Assembly: GCF_000008565.1 (NCBI RefSeq) | Contig: NC_001263.1 | Span: 40,906 to 72,905 of the forward strand | Direction: 5' to 3' | DNA length: 32,000 bases | Source of the DNA: Deinococcus radiodurans R1 = ATCC 13939 = DSM 20539 | GTDB lineage: Bacteria > Deinococcota > Deinococci > Deinococcales > Deinococcaceae | Part shown: in pieces, positions 25,878 to 32,000 of the stretch | Position numbering within the stretch: position 1 is the first letter of the stretch | Layout of the letters: the number at the start of each line of letters is the position of its first letter | Notes under the pieces: generated by a model | Told to the model about the DNA's origin: nothing | The model's input: the letters and a program-made list of their open reading frames with translations, nothing else | Database searches by the model: none | Program-made: the position numbers and the translations under genes

Positions 25878-27815
25878 CTCAGGGGTTGGCGGGTGCCGAC
25901 TCTGCTGGGGTTTGGTTGGCCGGCGCCGTTTCGGTGGGCTTGGTCTGTGCCGGGGCAGTGCTGCTTCCCGCCGCATCTGGGGTGGTCGTCGTTCCCGGCG
26001 CCGTCGTCTTGGGCGTTTCGGTTTTGGGAGCCGACGCCGCGACGGTTTGGCCTGGGCCTCGAGCACCTGGTCGAGGTTGTTCTTGGGGCTCAGGGCGCTG
26101 ACCTGCTTGTCGAGGAAGGCTTGCCCGGCTTCGGCCTGCTTGCTGCTCAGCAGGCCCTGGCGGATTTCGTCGCCGACTTCGCTCAGCGGGCGGGTGGTCG
26201 GGCGCACGAGGTCGCGCACGTAGCCCACCGAGAAGCGGTCACCGACCGGCACCACCGGGGTCAAGCTGCCCGCGCCTACGCTGCGCAGGTTCTGGCCGAA
26301 GGCGGCGGCGGTCAGGGGAGACACCGCGCCGGTGGTCTGGTCGGCGGTGGGGCTCACCTGCCCGCGCTCGCTGACGGTGCCCCCGGCCTTGCTCGCGGCG
26401 GTCACGAAGTCACCCTGGCCGTTCCAGTCGGCGCGGAAGGCGGCGGCCTGGTTCTTGTCCTTGAAGCTCGCCTCGTCGAGGGTCGCGCTGGCGGGCACCT
26501 CGTACTGCTTGACGTTCTCGCGGTAGTACTTCTGCACGTCGGCGTCGCTGACCTTCACGTCGCGCGCCCCGTAGGCGGCGAGCTGCTGGGCGATTTCCTG
26601 GCGCGAGCCGCTGAGCGACAGCCCCAGCTTCTGGGCGATGTTGGGCGCGGCGTAGCCCTGAATGAGTTGCTGCACGACCTGCGGCTTGAAGGTCTTGTTG
26701 AGCAGCGTGGGCAGTTGCTCGGCGGGCAGCTGGCCGATCAACCCGGCAATCTGCTGGTTGTTCATGACCTGCGCGACCACGTCCGAGTAGGGGATGTTGT
26801 GGCCGGCGACGCTCGCCACGGTGGGGTTTTCGACCTTCCAGGTGGGGTCCACGTACTCGACCTGGGCGTTTTTCCGCAGGTCGTCGGACCATTTTTCGAG
26901 CGCGGCGTTCTGCTTTTGCTGACGCACGGCGCTGACGACATCGGTCTTGGCCTGCTCGAAGGTCTTGGGCTGGCCGGGCAAGAACTTCTCGACCTTGACG
27001 ATGTAGAACTTGCCGCCCGATTCGATCACGTCGGTCAGGCCACCGTTTTTCAGTCGGAAGGCGGCTTCGCCCACGGCGGTCGGCAGCGCGGCTTGCAGCA
27101 CCGGGCGCGGCTGGTTGCCGTCGAGCGGCGCAAGGGCGCCGCCCCGGTCCTTGTTCTCGGTGCTGTTGGCGCTCGCCAGCACGGCGAAGTCGGCCCCGCC
27201 ACGCGCCTGGGCGAGCAGCGACTGTGCCTTGGCCTTGTCGGTCACCACGATCTGGCGCCCCACGATCTGCGGCTCGGCCTGATACTTGCTCTTGTTCAGG
27301 TCGTAATAGGCCTTGAGTTCGGCGTCGGTGGGGGCGGGCACGGCCTTGCGCAGCTCGTCGGTTTTGCGCTGGTAGGCAAGTTGCTGGCGCACCTGGGTGC
27401 GGAAGCTCGCGTCGGTCAGGCCGTTGCTTTGCAGGGCGTCGGTCCAGGCCTTGTTGTCGGTGAGCTTGTTGGACTCGCGGACCTTCTGCACCTCGGCGTT
27501 CACGTCGGCGCGGCTGACCTGCACGTCTTTCAGGCCGCTGAGCACGGCTCCCCGGTCAATGGCCTGCGACACCAGATACACCTTGGCGTCGTCGGCGAGC
27601 ACGCTGCCGGGTTCGTCGGCGAGCAGTGGGCTGGCGCGCCGGGCGCTTTCGAGCTGCTCGGCGGTCACGGCGTCGCCATTGACCTTGATGACTGGGGTGC
27701 CTTCCTGACGGTTAAAGAGGCTGCCCACATTGGGCGTGAACTGGTAGGCCATGCCGGCCACCAGCAGCACCGAAAGCCCGATCAGCAGGCCATTGACGGC
27801 TGTTTTCTTGTTCAC
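25854..27815 (-). CDS. PpiD/SurA-like membrane-anchored periplasmic chaperone with a parvulin-type PPIase domain; the 3' end appears frame-shifted
   Basis: The start is GTG 27813-27815 with GGGAG 5 nt upstream (VNKKTAVNGLLIGLSVLLVAG signal anchor). It has a SurA_N-like region and a parvulin-like segment (IVGRQIVVTDKAKAQSLLAQARGGADFAVLA...GKFYIVKVE). The last ~60 codons of the track ORF (Arg-rich, poor GC3) run into the repeat. An alternative frame ends at TGA 25879-25881. Confidence 0.7.
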   Translation of the reverse strand: MNKKTAVNGLLIGLSVLLVAGMAYQFTPNVGSLFNRQEGTPVIKVNGDAVTAEQLESARRASPLLADEPGSVLADDAKVYLVSQAIDRGAVLSGLKDVQVSRADVNAEVQKVRESNKLTDNKAWTDALQSNGLTDASFRTQVRQQLAYQRKTDELRKAVPAPTDAELKAYYDLNKSKYQAEPQIVGRQIVVTDKAKAQSLLAQARGGADFAVLASANSTENKDRGGALAPLDGNQPRPVLQAALPTAVGEAAFRLKNGGLTDVIESGGKFYIVKVEKFLPGQPKTFEQAKTDVVSAVRQQKQNAALEKWSDDLRKNAQVEYVDPTWKVENPTVASVAGHNIPYSDVVAQVMNNQQIAGLIGQLPAEQLPTLLNKTFKPQVVQQLIQGYAAPNIAQKLGLSLSGSRQEIAQQLAAYGARDVKVSDADVQKYYRENVKQYEVPASATLDEASFKDKNQAAAFRADWNGQGDFVTAASKAGGTVSERGQVSPTADQTTGAVSPLTAAAFGQNLRSVGAGSLTPVVPVGDRFSVGYVRDLVRPTTRPLSEVGDEIRQGLLSSKQAEAGQAFLDKQVSALSPKNNLDQVLEAQAKPSRRRLPKPKRPRRRRRERRPPQMRREAALPRHRPSPPKRRRPTKPQQSRHPPTPELEHLPEK

Positions 27816-27881
27816 TGATTCTCCCTGTTTCGCTTGTCGTCTCGCCCGGTTGCGCGCCCCGCAGCCCGCAGGCCGCCCGGC

Positions 27882-27910
27882 TTGCACAACCTGGGCCGAA
27901 GTGCTAGCTT
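27882..27910 (+). promoter_or_regulatory. Sigma70-like promoter for tRNA-Arg
   Basis: TTGCAC (27882-27887), 17-nt spacer, TAGCTT (27905-27910). It ends 11 nt upstream of the tRNA 5' end. Confidence 0.45.
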
Positions 27911-27921
27911 ACCCCAGCTCT

Positions 27922-27998
<77 letters not shown>

Positions 27999-28016
27999 CC
28001 CACAGCATCACTGCAA

Positions 28017-28046
28017 GCGACGCCGCCTTCACGGGCGGCGCTTCGC
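28017..28046 (+). terminator. Hairpin downstream of tRNA-Arg (putative terminator)
   Basis: GCGA-CGCCGCC-ttcacg-GGCGGCG-ct-TCGC bulged stem followed by ATTCTG. Confidence 0.4.
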
Positions 28047-28174
28047 ATTCTGGGCCTCGGCTCCGCGACAAGCACGCGCCGGATTGTAGCACGCGCCCCT
28101 GAGACACATGAGGGCAGTTTTGCCGTGTGGGCGCCAGTTTTTCTGTCCTTCCTTTCGTGGCCCGGCCAGAGGAC

Positions 28175-28180
28175 TACTAT
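28175..28180 (+). promoter_or_regulatory. -10 box (TACTAT) placed for a leaderless transcript
   Basis: TACTAT lies 6 nt upstream of the ATG at 28187. Confidence 0.45.
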
Positions 28181-28186
28181 GCCCGC

Positions 28187-28666
28187 ATGAAGCGAGTCCT
28201 TTCGGCCCTGGTGCTGGGCGCCGGCCTGCTCACGGCCTGCCGTTCTCCCTCAGCGGGCGCAGACGACCTGACCACCCGCGTGCTGTTTACCGCCAACGGT
28301 TCTTACGACGCCCAGGCCGACCAGCGCGGCAAGGTGCCGGGCACAGCGGGCCTGCGCCGGGTCGAGTGGCGCACCCGCCCCCCGCTCGGGGCCCAGGCGG
28401 TGACTGTCGAGTACGACGGCGAGCAGCGGCCCCAGGGCTGGCAGATGACGGTGCAGCAGCCGCCCTTCGCCCCCGCCGACCTCGCTGGACCGAACGGTCA
28501 GGCGGTTCAGACGAAGCAGGGCGCCGGCACGCTGGTTCGCAGTGGCCCCCTGGCGGGCGTGCTGCTGCTGCCGGGAAGCACGACCCCGCCTGCCCAACTG
28601 AGGCTGTTGACGCGGGGCTACGCCGTGCAGCATGAGCCGGAGCTGCTGCCGGCGTTCGGGCAATGA
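28187..28666 (+). CDS. Putative lipoprotein (hypothetical)
   Basis: The internal ATG at 28187 gives MKRVLSALVLGAGLLTAC, a signal peptide with lipobox L-T-A-C. 159 aa. No family recognised. Confidence 0.6.
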   Translation: MKRVLSALVLGAGLLTACRSPSAGADDLTTRVLFTANGSYDAQADQRGKVPGTAGLRRVEWRTRPPLGAQAVTVEYDGEQRPQGWQMTVQQPPFAPADLAGPNGQAVQTKQGAGTLVRSGPLAGVLLLPGSTTPPAQLRLLTRGYAVQHEPELLPAFGQ

Positions 28667-28704
28667 GCTGAGGTGTCGGTCTGAGGCGTACTGCGTCCGA
28701 TTCC

Positions 28705-28733
28705 CTGAAATCTAGAAAAGAACTGGATTTCAG
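28705..28733. other. AT-rich 11-bp stem-loop in the convergent intergenic region
   Basis: CTGAAATCTAG-aaaagaa-CTGGATTTCAG, with one T:G position. It is a locally AT-rich island in a 67% GC genome. Confidence 0.4.
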
Positions 28734-28782
28734 TCCATCTCCCGCAGCACGTTTCCATTGCTTCTCGCTCCGCTCGGGTTTC

Positions 28783-28801
28783 ATCGCTCAGTGTGAGCGA
28801 T
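28783..28801 (-). terminator. Perfect hairpin immediately after the pta stop (putative terminator without a U-tract)
   Basis: ATCGCTCA-gtg-TGAGCGAT abuts the TGA at 28802-28804. Confidence 0.4.
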
Positions 28802-30910
28802 TCAACCGCAATCCGCCGCGCTCTGGGTCGCCTGAATAGCCGTGAGGGCGATGGTGTACACGATGTCGTCCACCAGCGCCCCGCGCGAGAGGTCGTTGAC
28901 CGGCTTGCGCAGGCCCTGAAGCATCGGCCCCACGGCGACCACGCCCGCGCTGCGCTGCACGGCCTTGTAGGTGGTGTTGCCGGTGTTGAGGTCGGGGAAG
29001 ATGAAGACCGTGGCGCGCCCCGCCACCGGGCTGTCGGGGGCTTTGGAGCGGCCCACGCTCGGCACGCTGGCGGCGTCGTATTGCAGCGGGCCGTCCACCA
29101 GCAACTCGGGACGGCGCTCGCGGACCAGTTTGGTGGCTTCCTTGACCTTTTCCACGTCCTCGCCGCTGCCCGATTCGCCAGTGGAATAACTGAGCATCGC
29201 CACCCGCACCGGAATCCCGAAGGCGTGGGCGCTGTCTGCCGACTGAATGGCGATGTCGGCGAGTTCCTGCGCGTTGGGGTCGGGGTTGATGGCCGCGTCG
29301 CCGTAGACGAGCACCTGCTCGGGCATCAGCATGAAAAACACCGAGCTGACCAGTGAGCTGCCGGGCGCCGTCTTGATGAGTTGCAGCGCCGGGCGCACCG
29401 TGCTGGCGGTGGTGTGCACCGCGCCGGACACCAGTCCGTCCACCTCGCCGAGCGCCAGCATCATGGTGCCGAGCACCACGCTGTCTTCGAGTTGCGCCTC
29501 GGCCTGCGGCTCAGTCAGCCCCTTGCTCTTGCGGAGTTCCACCATCGGGGCGACGTACTTGCCGCGCACCGTTTCGGGGTCGATGATTTCCAGGCCCTCG
29601 GGCAGTTCGAGGCCCTGCCCCTGCGCCACCTGCCGCACTTTCTCGGGTGGGGCGAGCAGCACGCAGCGGGCAATCCCTTTTTCGGTGCAGCGGATGGCGG
29701 CCTTGACGGTGCGCGGCTCGTCGCCCTCGGGCAGCACGATGCGTTTATTCGCCGCCCGCGCGCGCTGAATGAGTTCGTAGCGAAAGGCGCTTGGGGGCAG
29801 CCGGCGCTCGCCTGCCACACCGGGAGCGCGCAGTCGGGCACCGAGCGGCACGGTGTCGAGGCGGTCGGCGATGTAGTCGAGCATCCGGTCCATGCGGCGC
29901 GGGTCATCGTGCGGCACACGGAAATCGAGGTGCACGAGGCGCGAGGCCGTCTCGAAGGAGTTGGTGGGCACCCGCAACACCGGCAGGCTGCTCGTCAGCG
30001 CCACCTCGCAGAGTTGCTGAATGGTGGCCTCGGGCGCGCTGCCGGAGGTGTACATCAGCCCGGCGAGCGGTGTGCCGCTGAGATGCGAGAGCGCCGCCGC
30101 CATAATCACGTCCTCGCGGTCGGCGGGGGTCACGATGAGCGCCCCGGAGGTAAAGAGGTTGGTCATCTGCGGCACACTGCGGGCAGTGACCACCGTGCTG
30201 CTCACGCGCCGGCTTTCGGCCTCGCCCGCGTTGATGATTTCGGCGTCCAGAGCGCGGGCCACGTCGAGCGTGCGCAGTTGTCGCAGCGCCGGGTCGAGCG
30301 ACACCACGCCGAGCAGCGGCAGTTCGCCCGAAGCCAGCACCCGGCTGCGCGAGCGCAACTCGGCCATCAGCGAGCCGAAATCCAGCTCACGCGGCGCGAA
30401 GTTGAGCACGAAACCCGCCAGCCCCGAGCCGTCGCTGCGGCGGTAGCCCTGTGCGGCGATTTCCAGTTCATCGGCGAGTTCGGCGGGCGTGACCCCGGCG
30501 AGGCTGCTCACCAGCACGGTGTCGGCCTCCAGGTTGCGGGCGAGCCGGGCGTTGAGGGTGCCCGCGTACACGTTGCGCTCGTTGAGTGCCAGCCCCTCGG
30601 CAATCAGCACGTCGCTGCCCTCGCCCGCCGCCTCGCGCGCCAGGGCAATCACCTGCTCCATCAGGTCTTCCTCGCCACCCTGACTGAGCAGCTCCTCGGC
30701 GCGGGTCAGTGGAATCGGGTCGGGCGTGGTCAGGTGCGCCACCGCGCGGGCAAAGTGCACGCTGTCGTCGGTGCGCGGTTCATACGTCTGGGCAATCGGC
30801 TTGAGAAAGGCGACTTTCAGGCTCTGGCGCTCCAGGGCGCGGGCGAGGCCGAGCGCCGTGCTCGACAGCCCCACACCGTTGCGGGTGGGTGCGAGAAACA
30901 GGGTTTTCAT
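28802..30910 (-). CDS. pta: Phosphate acetyltransferase, long form (N-terminal CobQ/DRTGG-type region plus PTA_PTB catalytic domain)
   Basis: The ATG at 30908-30910 has AAGGAG 6 nt upstream (MKTLFLAPTRNGVGLSS...). It is collinear with E. coli Pta, including RIVLPEGDEPRTVKAA, VDGLVSGAVHTTA.T.RP.LQLIKT, ATVFIFPDLNTGNTTYKAVQRSA and KPVNDLSRGALVDDIVYTIALTAIQ. The 30970 start in the track is rejected. Confidence 0.93.
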   Translation of the reverse strand: MKTLFLAPTRNGVGLSSTALGLARALERQSLKVAFLKPIAQTYEPRTDDSVHFARAVAHLTTPDPIPLTRAEELLSQGGEEDLMEQVIALAREAAGEGSDVLIAEGLALNERNVYAGTLNARLARNLEADTVLVSSLAGVTPAELADELEIAAQGYRRSDGSGLAGFVLNFAPRELDFGSLMAELRSRSRVLASGELPLLGVVSLDPALRQLRTLDVARALDAEIINAGEAESRRVSSTVVTARSVPQMTNLFTSGALIVTPADREDVIMAAALSHLSGTPLAGLMYTSGSAPEATIQQLCEVALTSSLPVLRVPTNSFETASRLVHLDFRVPHDDPRRMDRMLDYIADRLDTVPLGARLRAPGVAGERRLPPSAFRYELIQRARAANKRIVLPEGDEPRTVKAAIRCTEKGIARCVLLAPPEKVRQVAQGQGLELPEGLEIIDPETVRGKYVAPMVELRKSKGLTEPQAEAQLEDSVVLGTMMLALGEVDGLVSGAVHTTASTVRPALQLIKTAPGSSLVSSVFFMLMPEQVLVYGDAAINPDPNAQELADIAIQSADSAHAFGIPVRVAMLSYSTGESGSGEDVEKVKEATKLVRERRPELLVDGPLQYDAASVPSVGRSKAPDSPVAGRATVFIFPDLNTGNTTYKAVQRSAGVVAVGPMLQGLRKPVNDLSRGALVDDIVYTIALTAIQATQSAADCG

Positions 30911-31014
30911 GCGGGACTCCTTGGGAACGGGGGGAGACAGGGGCAGGAAAAAGGGGATGGGGCCTGCCAAAAGGCTACCCCACCCCCCGCGCTCCCCCGC
31001 GTCGTCAGTCCTGT

Positions 31015-31608
31015 TCAGCCCGCGCTGCGCCCTTCCCGCAGGGCCTGCGCTCCGCCCACCACGAAGGTGTTGAGGCTCTGAGACAGTTGCTCGGCGTCGA
31101 GGCTGGGGTCGGTGACGGCCCGGAAGGCGAGGCTGTCGAGCAGCGTGGTGAGCAGCAGCAGCAGCTCGGGGTCACGCCGGATGAGCAGTTCGGGCGACAG
31201 GGTCAGCCGCTCGCCGAGTTCGCTGAGGAATGCGTGGCGCCGGGCCTGAAAAGTGGGCGCCCCGCCGCTGTGCAGCAGCCGCAGCGTGTCGGCCTCGCCG
31301 AGGAGGAAGCGGAAGACCACCTCGATGACGTGGCTTTGCTGCTCGGTCAGACTCTCGGGCCGCAGCGAGGCGAGCAGCGGGTCGAGCCGTTGCAGCAGGC
31401 CGGCGAGCCGCTGTTGCAGAAGGGCGTCGAGAATCGCCTCGGTGGAGGGAAAATAGCTGTAGATGGTGGGGCGCGAGGTCTGGAGTTCGTGCGCCAGGTC
31501 GGCCACCGTCACGCTCTCGAACCCCCGCTCGACAAAGAGGCCGGCGGCCATGTCCAGGATTTGCTGGCGCCGTTCCTGAGCGCTCAGCCGGCGGGGTAAG
31601 ACGGTCAT
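31015..31608 (-). CDS. TetR/AcrR-family transcriptional regulator
   Basis: 197 aa. N-terminal HTH: RRQQILDMAAGLFVERGFESVTVADLAHELQTSRPTIYSYFPSTEAIL. Confidence 0.88.
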   Translation of the reverse strand: MTVLPRRLSAQERRQQILDMAAGLFVERGFESVTVADLAHELQTSRPTIYSYFPSTEAILDALLQQRLAGLLQRLDPLLASLRPESLTEQQSHVIEVVFRFLLGEADTLRLLHSGGAPTFQARRHAFLSELGERLTLSPELLIRRDPELLLLLTTLLDSLAFRAVTDPSLDAEQLSQSLNTFVVGGAQALREGRSAG

Positions 31609-31614
31609 GATATC

Positions 31615-31620
31615 AGTCTA
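31615..31620 (-). promoter_or_regulatory. -10 box (TAGACT on the minus strand) placed for a leaderless tetR transcript
   Basis: TAGACT lies 6 nt upstream of the ATG at 31608. Confidence 0.45.
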
Positions 31621-31632
31621 ACATTAAACATA

Positions 31633-31656
31633 ACGGTGCGTCACTTGACGGTGCGT
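31633..31656. promoter_or_regulatory. Candidate TetR operator I (two ACGGTGCGT direct repeats enclosing the palindrome CGTCA-ct-TGACG)
   Basis: ACGGTGCGT occurs at 31633-31641 and 31648-31656. The palindrome lies at 31639-31650, at about the -35 position of the tetR promoter. Confidence 0.5.
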
Positions 31657-31687
31657 AGGGCGTGGGAGAATAATACGTTTCCTTATG

Positions 31688-31702
31688 GTGACGGTGCGTC
31701 AC
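31688..31702. promoter_or_regulatory. Candidate TetR operator II (perfect palindrome GTGACG-gtg-CGTCAC)
   Basis: A 15-bp perfect inverted repeat holding the third ACGGTGCGT copy (31691-31699). It lies 74 nt upstream of the divergent YhgE/Pip-like gene. Confidence 0.5.
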
Positions 31703-31775
31703 TCTTGCTTCTCCGTCACCTGCCAGCTTCGCCGTTTTGTTCCGGTCCGGGCGCCCGGCGCCCCGAGGAGACTGA

Positions 31776-32000
31776 ATGTCTTTCATCCGTGATTTTCAAA
31801 CCCTGACCCCCCCAGAGCGCAGCTTGTGGCGGCACCCGATGATGTGGCTGGCATCGGCAGCCATCGCCATCGTGCCCACGCTGTACTCGACCATTTATCT
31901 GGGCAGCACCATTGACCCCTACGGCAACCTCGACCAGCTCCCGGTGGGCATCGTCAACCTCGACCGGGGCACCACCGAGCGCGGCAAGGACTATGACCTC
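31776..32000 (+). CDS. YhgE/Pip-domain membrane protein, 5' partial (runs off the window)
   Basis: GAGGAG lies 5 nt upstream of the ATG. MSFIRDF...WLASAAIAIVPTLYSTIYLGSTIDPYGNLDQLPVGIVNLDRG is the typical YhgE/Pip N-terminus (TM helix, then YL...DPYGN...LPVA.VN.D). The frame is open to the window end. Confidence 0.7.
   Translation, partial: MSFIRDFQTLTPPERSLWRHPMMWLASAAIAIVPTLYSTIYLGSTIDPYGNLDQLPVGIVNLDRGTTERGKDYDL

Noticed and set aside
27816-27887. Upstream start for the PpiD-like gene
   Set aside because: The extension has poor composition and runs up to the tRNA-Arg promoter. GTG 27815 has a GGGAG SD and yields a typical N-terminal signal-anchor.
30911-30970. Upstream start for pta (MAGPIPFFLPLSPPVPKESR-)
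   Set aside because: AAGGAG is correctly spaced for the ATG at 30910. Homology to Pta starts at MKTLFLAPT.

Overview
High-GC (~67%) bacterial chromosome, gene-dense on both strands. I recognise it from memory as Deinococcus radiodurans or a very close relative. The anchors are the enolase-superfamily N-acyl/N-succinyl amino acid racemase (1867-2994), DdrB with a perfect 17-bp RDRM operator (25104-25698) and a long-form Pta (28802-30910). No searches were run, so every family assignment rests on motifs read from the translations.

Contents:
- About 32 protein genes, including partial CDSs at both window edges.
- Three tRNAs (Lys-CTT, Gln-TTG, Arg-CCG), each with its own sigma70-like promoter.
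- Three copies of one MITE-like small noncoding repeat.
- Several hairpin terminators.
- About ten TANNNT boxes 5-7 nt upstream of start codons, suggesting leaderless mRNAs.
- No rRNA, CRISPR array, transposase, integrase or prophage genes.
- The many long ORFs antisense to real genes are high-GC artefacts.

Most interesting observations:
1. A DsrE-like/WYL-regulator pair is transcribed divergently from a tight DinB / beta-keto-acid-cleavage (BKACE) / IscA-like / DinB operon. This may be an uncharacterised damage- or thiol-stress module.
2. An MrfA/YprA-like DEAH helicase (with DUF1998) carries an extra zinc ribbon and a C-terminal UvrD/PcrA-type Tudor-like domain.
3. Codon usage switches reading frame at three places: the Ser/Thr kinase 5' region, the divergent orphan gene pair, and the PpiD-like tail. 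These are either assembly indels or real frame disruptions.
4. The small repeat shows compensatory base changes in a hairpin and in its terminal inverted repeats.
5. The IscA-like gene probably starts at a non-canonical ATT codon.
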